Below, one piece after another: positions 1 through 11,671 of a DNA stretch of 64,000 nucleotides. This stretch comes from Eledone cirrhosa (taxonomy: Eukaryota). The stretch lies in NCBI GenBank assembly GCA_964016885.1, contig OZ024741.1:37572001-37636000 (forward strand), read 5' to 3'. Position 1 is the stretch's first letter, and each line of letters begins with the position of its first letter. A program made the translations under genes and the position numbers. The notes beneath the pieces are model-generated. The model saw only the letters and a program-made list of their open reading frames with translations. It was not told the origin of the DNA and did no database searches.

Positions 1-264
1 AGTGAAGAGAGCTATGCCACCACCCACACCAGCATCACAGAAAAAGACTACACAACACCCCAAAAATTCACACCACCTCCACACATACAAATCACTCGCA
101 TCACACAGAAAACGTACACGACACTAAAACAAAAATTCCCCAAGGACATCGGAGACTTCCGACAAACACTCCCCAGGAGGATTTATAAGGACATCCTTCC
201 GGAGGAGGCCACAAGCAGTGAGAAGGATGGAGAAACCATCCTTCCTCTACGAGAAGTGAGGTAA
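1..264 (+). CDS. C-terminal end of Tx1 ORF1 (partial, T/P/K-rich, ...GETILPLREVR*)
   Basis: Frame 1 is open from base 1 to TAA at 262-264, 35 nt upstream of the ORF2 ATG at 300. Assigned by position only. Confidence 0.65.
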   Translation, partial: SEESYATTHTSITEKDYTTPQKFTPPPHIQITRITQKTYTTLKQKFPKDIGDFRQTLPRRIYKDILPEEATSSEKDGETILPLREVR

Positions 265-299
265 GTGGTCTTTCCCATCTTTTTCTACTCCTTTTCAAC

Positions 300-3200
300 A
301 TGACCTCACTCAGAATAGGCAGCATAAATGTGCATGGCCTGGGGTCGTCATGGAAGCAGGGCCACCTACTCAATGACCTCAGGTCACTAAACATAGATGT
401 GGTGGCCATCAGCGAGACCAGAATCTCTGAAGCACGAGCCTTCACACCGATCTTTGGCGGCTACGATGTGTACACATCTCCCAGCCATCCTGGATCGGAG
501 GGAGGAGTTGCTGTGCTTTTTCGGAGAGGTTTGGATCTCGCCAAATGGGCCATCTTCCTGGACCCAGAAGGTAAGTTGGTGGTGCTGGACGTGACCAGCG
601 GAGACGGGCAAGCTTTCAGGCTAGTGGCCGTCTATGCCCCGACAGAGGCAGGGTGGCCTGATTTCTTCCGGTGTCTGGAGATCTTTCTTGGAACGTCCCG
701 CTCTTTAGTATTAGGGGGCGACTGGAACGGGATCTTAGATGCATGCTGGGACTGTGTGGGATTAGCGGATAGGGGAGGAGGGTGTAAAAGCCTCGCAAAC
801 CTACTCAGACGGTTTCCACTGTCTGACAGGTACCGTCTGGATTTCCCAAATGTGCCAATGTGGATATGGGCAAACCGCATCGGGTCATCCAGATCATATC
901 TAGATAGGGTATTTTGTAGAGTCCATTAGGTTTAGTAAGGCTTTAGCAATAGAGAAAAATAGAGCAGAGGGAGAACTAGTTAGAAAATTAGACGAGGCAC
1001 TTAGTAAAGGCATCGCGACCGACGTACTTGCGGAGAAATTGGCCCTTGACCAATTCTTCAATGCAAAGCACGAAGGCTGCATTGTCAGATCTAGGGTGCG
1101 TGCTCTCAGACACAGGGGAGGAAAGCCGTTCAATGGGCCTGAGTGGCGGAAGCGTGTCGTGGCAACAAAGCCACGATCTGGTCTTTGGTGGACCACGATG
1201 GGCGCATGCTACTCGATCCCGGGCAGATGTGTGAAGCTTTTCAGCGACACTTCGCTCAGCTGTTCAGGAACAGCGGCGGGTCTGATCGAGGGATGGACTT
1301 TAGTGCCTACCTCGACGGACTTCCGCGGCTCTCGACCACTGAGGCAGAGTGTTGCGAAAAGCTGATAACAGCCGCTGAAGTACGGGAGACAATGAATGGC
1401 TGCACAAGGGGTAAATCGCCTGGTTTGGATGGTCTGCCCTATGAACTTTACGTACAGATGCCAGACTTGTTCGGAGGCACCTTGGCGGACGTCTACTGCA
1501 ACTGGCACCAGAACGGGAGAATTCCCAGCTCTGTGAGCCGAGGAGCGGTGGCGCTGCTGAGAAAAGTTCCGAACAAAGGGGATAACATAGATAATTTCAG
1601 GCCCATAACTCTGCTAAACACAGAGTTCAAGATTTTGACCAAGGTGCCAGCAGACATGCGCCATTCCAGACAGATCCATCCACGACAACCTCCACCTCAT
1701 GCGATACATCGTGGAGATGGTAGCTAGGGAACCTGGCATGGGCGGGTCCTTGATCAATTTAGATCAGTCGAAAGCTTTCGATAGGGTCGACCATCGTTAT
1801 CTGGCGGCAGTCCTGAGGGTGGCTGGCTTTGGGCCCGTCTTCTGAGGCTGGATCGCTGCCATGCACAGCGACATCTGCTCTGTGGTGAGAGTGAACGGTC
1901 ACCTTTCGGAACCGTTCAACATCATGCGTTTGGTCCGCCAAGGATGTCCCCTCTCATCCCTCTTGTACGTATTGACTCTCGAGCCATTACTGCACAAACT
2001 GGAGACGTTGAGGGGGGTCCCGTGCGAACTAGGATGCGGAAGATCCGTGTCAGCACATGCGGACGATGTCACCGTAATGGTGTCCAACGCCAAACACATC
2101 GAGGGAATCGGCACTACACTAAGAAAATACGAAGCGGTGACAGGAGCAATGATCAACCAGGAAAAGTCGGTGGGCCTGCAGCTCGGCACCTGGAGAGGCA
2201 GGTCCATGCTGTCCAACAGCGTCGTCAGGCGCTGGACGGATGGATTGGTTAAATTGCTAGGGGTCTGGTTCGGTCCGGACCTTCACACAGACAAAAACTG
2301 GGATGAGGTGACAAGCAGGGTGGCTTCTCTCACCCAGAAATGGGCAGAGAGGAAGCTATCCCTGAAAGGTCGAGTGGAGGTGGCGAATGCGTACATCGCG
2401 TCCGTCATCTACTACCGCCTGACCGTCGTGCCTTGTCCTAAGCTTTGCCTGATTGCGCTGGAGCATTTGCTCTTTCGCTTTTTGTGGAAGGGAGGCGCTC
2501 CGATGGTCAGGCGGTCCATCTGCTCTCAACACCCGCTATGTAGAGGGCAGGGCATGCCGTGGCTGATGATGCGCAGACACGTGCTCAGGCTACGACATCT
2601 CCACCTCTTCCTCGATGGTGATCAGGTGTGGTCGCCGTTTGCTAGACGCGTGTTTCCCCAGCTCATCTCCTTGATGGAGCTGCAGTCCTGGGTCAAGCAA
2701 AAACTGAGAGGGAGCGCGTGGAGACTGGAATGTCTTCAGGCGCTCACAGCCCTCGACCAGTCGGGCAATGTGATCGGTGGAAACTCCACCTTGGCGTTCT
2801 ATAGAGGATTAGTGGAGGGGAAGAGCGACGACGTACTTGGGGAAACTCTAGGTGTCGACGAAAATTAACTAGCCAATCTCTTCGGAAGAACTTTCGGACC
2901 TGGCAGTGCTACCGAGGAGCTTTGCCAGTTCGGAATAAATTCTACAGGCATGGAAGTGCCGTCATGGAAGTGTCCGAGATGCGCGCAGGGCGAGGAAACC
3001 GTCCTGCACGCACTTGTCCAGTGTCCGAGCATTGGTGACTTGTGGTTTATGTCGAACACCTGCTGCCACGTGTAGGATGGATCTGGCTATCAGCTGAGTC
3101 CATCATGAGGATTGCCCCGCCCTCTTCTTTTAGCCGGGAAGGGCAGGCAGTTTTTATCTGTTTGGTGGCCATGGCGAAAGAGATAGTATGGTGGACGCAT

Positions 3201-3386
3201 TTGAAAGGGCTGAAGACGAACACTTACCTCTTCAGTGATGCCCTGATTAACTTTTTCAAATTTCATTTGGAAAGGAAAATCAGTGTAGAGAGGGAAGTGC
3301 TCTCTTCCCAGCATTTTGTTGAAAGATGGGTGAGAGAGGCAAGAATGGCCCGTGTGAATGATCCCACTCTGAATATGTGCCTGTAA
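300..3386 (+). pseudogene. Tx1 ORF2 (APE endonuclease - RT - CCHC), disrupted
   Basis: EN motifs SINVHGL, ISETR, VYAP, GGDWN, SYLDR (300-929). RT motifs KSPGLDGLP, NFRPITLLN, KAFDRV, VRQGCPLS, HADD (YADD mutated), LLGVWF. CPRC..EETVLHALVQC at 2971-3024. Frameshifts or deletions near 926, 1120, 1650 and 2905; stops at ~1843 and 2866. Confidence 0.92.
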
Positions 3387-5264
3387 ATTGAAGGTAGAAA
3401 ACTGGGAGAGGGCACTTGCCCTGTTGGTCAGCGTCACCGTGGATTTTTTAATGGGTTTTCTCCATGAATCTCCCTCGAAAGTCTGCCCCCTATTGGGGAA
3501 GTTTTCATTGTTTCTTTTTTTGTTACATCCTCTTTTTTTTTTTTTTACACGCAGAAATGCCCATTTGTACCATCCTGTATTGTCCTGTACTGTCCTTAAT
3601 GTCTACTTTATGTAATCCCTTGTGGTTAATAAAGAAAGCATTATTATTATTATTATCATCATACTAGTAGCTAATTCATGGAATTCGGTTACTATTCCCT
3701 TCCTTTTAAAGTTATGTATTAAAACATTTTCCTCTGAAGGAAGTAGCATATATTAATCTCTAACGTCTCAGAATTTTAACGAGCCTCATTATAGTTATTA
3801 TCACATAGTATGTGCCAGTTATTTAATTAATAGCTTCTCCATGTTTGTATCATTCTTTATCATGTTCATTTTCTAAAGTTGTACATGGGTAAGTGTGGAA
3901 GCTTGGGGGCATCATCAAAGTGGAACTAAACTACTGTAATGGGGTTAAGTTTCTGATCTGAAGGCACTCCCAGACCCCTCTTTCACTAGAAAATGTGATC
4001 ATGTATCTAAATAAAACATCAAAAATGTAAATAATTAAATGATAAATTGGTTGAGTCATGGTATTCTTATCTAAATTATTATCACACTTAATATGTTTTT
4101 ATATCCATACTTGCATAGTTTCGATAATTGTGCAAATTCACATATTTGCACAAATTTTTTCATGTTCTTCTAATTGTAGGCCGTGAATTGGCAAAATTGT
4201 TCAGGTATTGGATTAAATACGTTGCAGCATTTGTTCTAGCTCTCTGCACTCTGAGTATAAATTCCATTGAAGTTAACTTTACTTTCATCCCTTTGGGGTC
4301 AACAATTAAAGGTAACACTGTGAATAAGCCATTAAACTATGGGACAAAATGCATTGCATACTCTCTATATTCTGAGTTAAAACTTTACTGAGGTCAACTT
4401 CACCTTTCATCCTTTTGGGGTCAATAAATAAAGTACCAGTCCAGAATTATCAATGTGTCAGATGGGATACTTTATCATATCTGTCATGGCTCTATCTGTT
4501 CTGAGTTCAAATACTGTTTCCTGTCACCAAAATGCAGTGACACTTCCCCAACAGTTGGAAACAGCAGATAGTATCAGCAAATGAGAAGATCAATGGAAAC
4601 AGTTTCTTTGGTCCAATCTGATGATCAGCTTCTTCCTTTTCTTTCCTAACACTTAGCACTCATCTGCACAGTAGGACTAGGCTGTTTTGATATAACTAGA
4701 GAGTAATATAGTTTTGTAGGGTTTTACTTTTGCATCTGTAGCTACAATTTACAATGCAGTACTTTAACTATTTTGCTACTATACTTCTATTTTATAAATA
4801 TATACCGCATATATTCTAGGATAAGTCATAACTTTTTATTTAACAAAGTGGATGCAAATAACTGCATGCAGTGTATTTATTTACCTTGCTCTAGGCTTAA
4901 AATCTGCAGCACACACACATCCAAACCCATATACACACACGTGCATATGCATATGCATACAAATGCACATAGATGCACTCACACATGCACATACATATAG
5001 AGGCTCTGCAACAGAAGTTAAGAACCTGCTCCTCCTTAGCCTAGCTTGATTACTGCTTAGATGCTCTGAAATTTTGTATTTATTTAATTAAAGTAGCAAT
5101 CTTGTATTAAAATGAAAGCCAAGCCATATGACCTGGACATTAAAGCAATTTCAAATCAGATTCAAAGCCCAAAATTGAATTGGGTAAGAAAAAAGTTTCC
5201 TAAATTCATGTTTTTTCTATGTATTTATATTCACAATAAATTATACTGCTGCAATGTTCTCTTA

Positions 5265-5272
5265 TTCTTCTT

Positions 5273-5348
<76 letters not shown>
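5265..5348. repeat. (TTC)n(TTA)n microsatellite
   Basis: direct reading. Confidence 0.95.
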
Positions 5349-5898
5349 GATAAAAGTGTCTCTTCAAATTGAAACGATTCCCCACCCCTACACTACATGT
5401 TAACCTTATCTGATCTTCTGCTTTTAAAGAGTTAATTGGTGATCAGCTAACTACTCAATTTAGTGTACTAAACTGCCTTGTGAATTTGCTTGTTACTGGT
5501 AGAGTCAAAAAAATAAATGAATAAATTTAAATGTACACATAATCAACATAGTAAATATGGCAGTTTCTTGGATTAATTAGAATTATCGATTCCATGTATG
5601 CTAGTCAATATTTTTTAGGGGATTTTTCACTTTCATTTTAATAAACTCTGACATAGGTATGTGGTTAAGGAGATTGCTTCACAGCCATGTGATTTCAGGA
5701 TCACGTCTGCTATGTGGCACCTTGGGCAAATGTCTTCTACTATAGTTTGGAGTTGATCAATACCCTGTGTACCTAAGTCCCATAACTTTGTGGTTTGGCA
5801 AAAAAATAAATAAAAAAAATAAAAAATAAAAAATAATCAATAAAAAAAGTACCAGATTTGAAAAAAATAATTAATGGGATTCATATGATCAACTTTAA

Positions 5899-6117
5899 CC
5901 CTTTAGCATTTAAATCAGCCATAACCAGCCATAATTCTCTCACTTCTTTCTCTCCAAACTGGCTGTAACCAGCTGCTCATACTTATGTTAAGATATTGTT
6001 CTCAAAACAAACAATATCAGAATCTCATAGATTCGATATTATGTGACATAAAGTGTTTACAGTGAAAATACAATAGTAAATATAGATTAATTAAATATAG
6101 ATATAAATACTAAAGGG
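5899..6117. mobile_element. piggyBac-like MITE, family A, inserted in an old CORE-type SINE (~5655-6170)
   Basis: TTAA|CCCTTTAGCATTTA ... TAAATACTAAAGGG|TTAA. Confidence 0.8.
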
Positions 6118-6392
6118 TTAAAGTAGTGATCCAGCTTAGCCACAGCCTAATGACTGAGACTAGTAAACGATTCATATATGCTAGTCAATAATTTTTGCTT
6201 TCAACATCAATTGCTGGACCAGCTTTTTAAAATCTTAAACATCTTCCGCAATGTTGCTGTTTAATTGATTTATTGTATTGCAGAAATGTAGCATTTTTTA
6301 GAATATTTGTTATTTGTTAATCTAATTTAATTTAGCTGTTCATAGTTGATTAGGCTTGCTGTTCTCAATGTTGACATTTTAGAGTTTCACTG

Positions 6393-6790
6393 TATATATA
6401 TATATATATACATATACACACTCACATACATACACACATACATACACACATACATAAACACACACACATACATGCATATATGCATACATACATACATATA
6501 TACATGCAAACATACATATATGCATGCATATATGCATACATACATACATACATGCATACATACATATATGCATACATACATGCATACACACATACATACC
6601 CACATACATACCCACATACACACATACATACACACATACATAAACACATGCATGCTATACATACATGCATACATATTTACATACGTACATACACACATAC
6701 ACACACACATCTACATACACATACATACGGGCACACATGCATACATACATGCACACATAGATAAACACATACACATCCATACATATATAT
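6393..6790. repeat. Degenerate (TACA)n microsatellite
   Basis: direct reading. Confidence 0.9.
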
Positions 6791-6792
6791 AA

Positions 6793-7345
6793 ATCATCAT
6801 CATCATCATCATCATCGTTTAACGTCCATGTTCCACGCTTGCATGGGTTTGGACGGGAGTTTTCCCACTTGAGGCAAGAGTGGTTGTCATTGCTCGCATA
6901 GGACTGTCTGGCGAGTTTTCTACAGCTGGATACCCTTCCTAACACCAACCACATTTACAGTGTGGGGCTGGGAGGTTTTTACTGTGTTGCCTACACGGCC
7001 ACATTACAGCGTGGACTGTCTGGCAGGTTTTCTACAGCTGGATGCCCTTCCTAACACCAACCACATTTACAGTGTGGGACTGGGAGGTTTTTACCGTGTT
7101 GCCTACACGGTCACATTACAGCGTGGACTGTGTGTTTTTTTGTCGTGACACCTACACGATCTCATTTGTTTCGGCCTGGATGTTGTGGCACCAACATAAC
7201 TTTACATTGAAAGGGGCGGTGTGGATGGGGTGGGGGTGGTGGGACGGGGGTGTATTTTGTTAGAGATGCCTACTGACTGTAGTAGGTTTTACTTTGTATT
7301 TAGGTAAGGCGGGTCTTCTCTATTACTGAGTACCGCCATAGGTCT
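6793..7345 (-). mobile_element. RTE 3' terminal fragment with duplicated 3'-UTR module
   Basis: Matches 23363-23800; (GAT)n tail abuts a (TACA)/(TA) microsatellite. Confidence 0.85.
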
Positions 7346-7762
7346 CGGTCCAGTGACATTGTCTTGAATATTTATATGTATGTGGAAACAGACGTAAAAT
7401 GATGTTGATATAGATATGTATGGGATATTTCCTTGTTGGTATACCAGAGCTTTTTGTATTTTTCTCAAATCATTCTGTTGATGATATACTTCCAGATGTT
7501 GTACCTGGATCTCCAAGAAGATATAGTGATCTACAGGTGTTTTACAAACTGTGGTGTTACATTGAGCAATTTATATTTCCTTAAAGAATCAGAGTTGCCA
7601 GTAGATTTCTTCTCTTTTGTTGTCACAAAACCATTTGAGTGGAAGATATGTCGCCTGACTTTGGGATGTAATGCATTGGTGTATCTCAAGTAATATGTTT
7701 ATAAGTATGGTTGGTTGTGTAGGCATTGTAGTTGTCTGTAGTCCTTGGTAGTGAGGATTGAG

Positions 7763-7916
7763 GAGTTCGCTCCAGCATAGCTGTATACATATAAGTATGT
7801 GTATTTTTTAAATTCATAGCTAAAGATGTTCAACTGTTTATTCCTAAACAAACCATATAACTACTCAATATACAAAATACATACTTACATGTATACAGTT
7901 ATGTTGGAATGAACAC
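7763..7916. repeat. Diverged inverted repeat, ~45-bp arms
   Basis: GAGTTCGCTCCAGCATAGCTGTATACATATAAGTATG.. vs ..CATACTTACATGTATACAGTTATGTTGGAATGAACAC. Confidence 0.75.
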
Positions 7917-8059
7917 CTTACTTCTATTTCTTGTTCAGGCTGAGCCAGCCAACAGCACCGTATGCAAATGTGGATAATCAGCCATGTACATAGGCATCAA
8001 AACTATATGTTTGCGCCTTTATTGAATTCCAGCAGAAAGTGAGGTAAAGGGGAGCATTC

Positions 8060-8360
8060 CTTTCACTGGGATTTCTTGGCACTTCTTTACCCAACAATCA
8101 TCATTAATGCACTTCACATGCCTGAACCAATGCAGTCTTCTCTCTTGCACACCACTTCAGATTCCTGTTGAACCCAGTTCCTCCTTCAGTTCATCAAAGC
8201 TTTTCTCTCACATTGCACATCCAATGAAGCATGGCTGCTTCATTTCTCTCCAGTCTATGCATGTCCTCTGGAGTTACTGCCCATGATTCACTACCATGCA
8301 GCATTGCACTTCACACACAGGTGTCATACAACTGTGCTTTTGTATGCAGGGAAAAACCCA
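8060..8360 (-). mobile_element. Old RTE C-terminal fragment
   Basis: Similar to 11870-12165. Confidence 0.65.
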
Positions 8361-9539
8361 TATCTTTGTTTTAAATTGTCTAATCAATGAATTTTCTTCA
8401 TACCAAAAACTTTAAACTCTTTCAGTCAATCTGTGATTAGGTAGTTTTGATGGGTTTTACTTTACTGAGGAAGGACAATAAAATCAGCATGTATCTTAGT
8501 TACCAAAGATCTGACTCCCCTCCCTCGTAGCATGACATTTAATTAAATTTAATTTGTTACCATTTGAAATTTTGTGAGTTCTCTATTTTGACACTTGTGA
8601 GAATAATTTCCAGTTTATCTAGATTTTGAAATTTCATATGATGTTTATATGATTTTATATGAAGTTTATATTGTAAGTACAGTATATCTTTGTGTGTCTT
8701 AATAGGTAACTAAAAGAGTTGGCATTAAGATGAGCATCTGACCATAAAACATTGCCTCAAAAAAGATACCTTGATCAATATGAAGCTTGTATGTTGCTTT
8801 AGAAGGGAAAATAGCATTAAAATGCATATTGTTGTTGTTTATGATTTCAGAGGTTATACACTTATGGGGTGCAATTTTAAGTGGTTTCAAACATTTTCAA
8901 TGTTGACGTTTGTTTTAAGGGTTTTTAGAGATATTTTAGTGAGAGTTGAAGTATTTCAAATGTTTTCAAGCAGTTTGGATTGATGGTGAGTTGATGGTGG
9001 CCTCATGAAACTGTAATTATTGAGCTCATTTCGAGTATTCTCAGTTGGTTCTCAGATCATTTTTGTGCTTTGGTGTTGTTTCAAATATTTTCATGCAGTG
9101 TGGAGATTGTTTCAAGTGCTTTCAATTGATTTCAATGACATTTACATGGTTTCATATATTTTTATTTTTGTTACTGAAAGATAAAAAAGTCTGAGTGTTT
9201 TTTATGAAATAACAATACAGACCTGCATGATGAAAAGCCACATCCTACACAAAGTGACTCTAATATGGCTATCATAGGATAGTCTAGCAGAACAGGTTGG
9301 ATCTAGAGGAGTAAACTTTGATAAAAATCCTGCTTGTGTTAGCTCATGTGATGATCATCAGTTTAATTAGATGAACTTGGCATCATGAACACCAGTGGCT
9401 CTGCAGATGATCGACCATTAATTCAACAATAGGTTGGCACAACTATTCCTATTAACAGAGAAATCTATGAGTATGCAGGTGTGGTGAGCCACACATATTC
9501 TAGCCATTAGAAAAAGCAAAGTGAATGCTTCGTCTTCAA

Positions 9540-10130
9540 TGGAGGGATATATATATTGAGAGAGAGAGACTGAGCATAAGAGGCATCAAATGTTGTGTGT
9601 AGGAGAGGAGATTGCGTTGGTATGGAAATGTGATGCGTATGAAGGACAACAGCTGTATAAAAAAGTACAGAACGATCAAAATTGATGGAAGCTACGGAGT
9701 GAGTAGGCCCAGAAAAACCTGGGATGAGGTGATAAAAACTGACCTTGCTCGCTTACACCTCTCTGAGACAATGTCACTGGATCAAGATCTTTGGCGCTAT
9801 GGAGTAATACAGAAGACCTGCCTCCCTTGCATACAAACCTAAACCTACAGTCAGTAGGCACCTCTTAATCCAATATACACCCCTACTCCATCCTCCCACT
9901 TCCGTCCACTGTAAAGTGGTCATGTAGGAGATGCAGTAAAACGGCTCCCAGTCCACACTGTAAATGTGGTTGGTGTTAGGCAGAGCAGGGCATCCAGCCA
10001 TAGAAAAGCTGCCAGAAACAGTTCTGTATGAGCAATACACGGTCTCTCAACTAATCTTGCCTCAAGTTGGACAAAACCACCCAACCCATGCTAGCGTGGA
10101 AGATGGACGTTAAATGATGATGATGATGAT
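9540..10130 (+). mobile_element. RTE 3' fragment
   Basis: LRWYGNVMRM...SRPRKTWDEVI...WRY..IQKT, then the 3' UTR module and (GAT)n. Confidence 0.85.
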
Positions 10131-10823
10131 ATATATTTAAGTGTAAATGTTCTACCAGATATGTTTTAGCTGAATGGTGCTTTCTAATCTGCTTTTATAC
10201 TTCACTTGTCATGCTGACAACTTATGCTTGATGTGGAAAGTGAGCAGCAGAATCTATAGCACTGCTGATATCTTCCATAGATGTGGTCTTAGGACCATAC
10301 TTAGAATGTGGAGGTCATGGAGAGGGCCAGGCAGAGTAATTTATAGATTATCATTACTGTCATGTGCTATGCATACCCATGAAGTGACCAGTAAGAACCT
10401 CTCTTAAGTAAAAAATAGACAGTGGAGGACCATATGAAGCAAGGCAGACCTACCGTGACCTATTTGAGGAGGACCTTGTAGAAATGGGTCTGGCCTGGAC
10501 ATAAGCTCCTAACAGGGTTTACAACTCTGCTGAGAGGAGATCTTGTTGCCTGAAGCTTTATACAAAACATAAGGAACAAAATAACAAAAATAATTTAGCT
10601 ATTTATGAAACACTATCAGAATCAACAGATCTCTTTGGAATAAGTCAATCACAATCTCTGGCCACTTGTATCTTGAAGTTTCTCAGGGGAACGTTAAAAA
10701 TTAAAAACACACAGCAGTGAGTATTCTACTCTGCCATATTATTCAATAGCAGGTTTATATTTAATGTTTGGCTGACCTAATAGTTTTCACTACCTTCACC
10801 CATATGGGCTGTCAGGTGTTTTC

Positions 10824-11000
<177 letters not shown>

Positions 11001-11671
11001 CATGTATGTGTAATAGTAGTTATAGTAATTAGTAGTAGTCTAGATTCTTACACTGTAGTTAATGTTATATTATCTATTTTAATATTGTTTTAAAGATAAG
11101 AAACTAACAGAATTGGTAGAGTGTCAGACAACAAAATGCTTTACAGTATTTGTCTCAGATCTATGTATTCTGAGTTCAAATTCCGCAAACATCGATTTTG
11201 TCTATTATCTTTTCAGAGGTTGGTAAAATAAAGTCCCAGTCAAATACTGGGTAAATGTAATCATCTAATCTCTCTCCCTTTTGTAATGTCCCATTTCTTG
11301 TGCGCCCTTGTAGCAAATAAAGAAATATATCTATGTAATCTTACTCTGGTAACGATAGCATGCATATGCATACATACACATGCACACACACATAAATGAG
11401 TGTGGCCAAGTCATTAGGGTGCTGACCTCATAAGGTCATGGGTTTGATTCTGAGACTGTGTTATGCATTACACCCTTGAGCAAGGTATTTCATTTCACAT
11501 TTGTTCTAGTATGAAAAACCAGATGTTTACCAATAGCTCTAACTCATATATATATATATATACTTTACCCAATTTTTACAACTATTATTTGTAGTGATTG
11601 ACTATTATTATTGTCATTTACATTATGACACACATGTTTCATATTTCATTATATAAATATATATACTATCA

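Larger units (their letters stand above)
1..3655 (+). mobile_element. L1/Tx1-clade non-LTR retrotransposon, decayed; 5' part lies outside the window
   Basis: ORF1 tail (1-264), then ORF2 remnants with APE endonuclease, RT and CCHC knuckle. 3' UTR has AATAAA (3628-3633) and a (TTA)n tail (3641-3655). GC- and CpG-rich against AT-rich flanks. Confidence 0.93.

Noticed and set aside
3834-3888. Possible exon ending at GG|GTAAGT (and another at 7939-8043)
   Set aside because: Weak acceptor at 3833; stops in all frames for 7939-8043.
4585-4640. GAAAC...GTC-caat-CTGATGA as a type II hammerhead (related sequence near 17420)
   Set aside because: Only 4 nt between cleavage site and core, so stem I cannot form; the second copy has a mutated core.
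6346-6954. HT/YI/CV/RE-rich ORFs here and near 10768, 17740, 37348, 41557, 44397, 59839 and 63060
   Set aside because: Translations of microsatellites.
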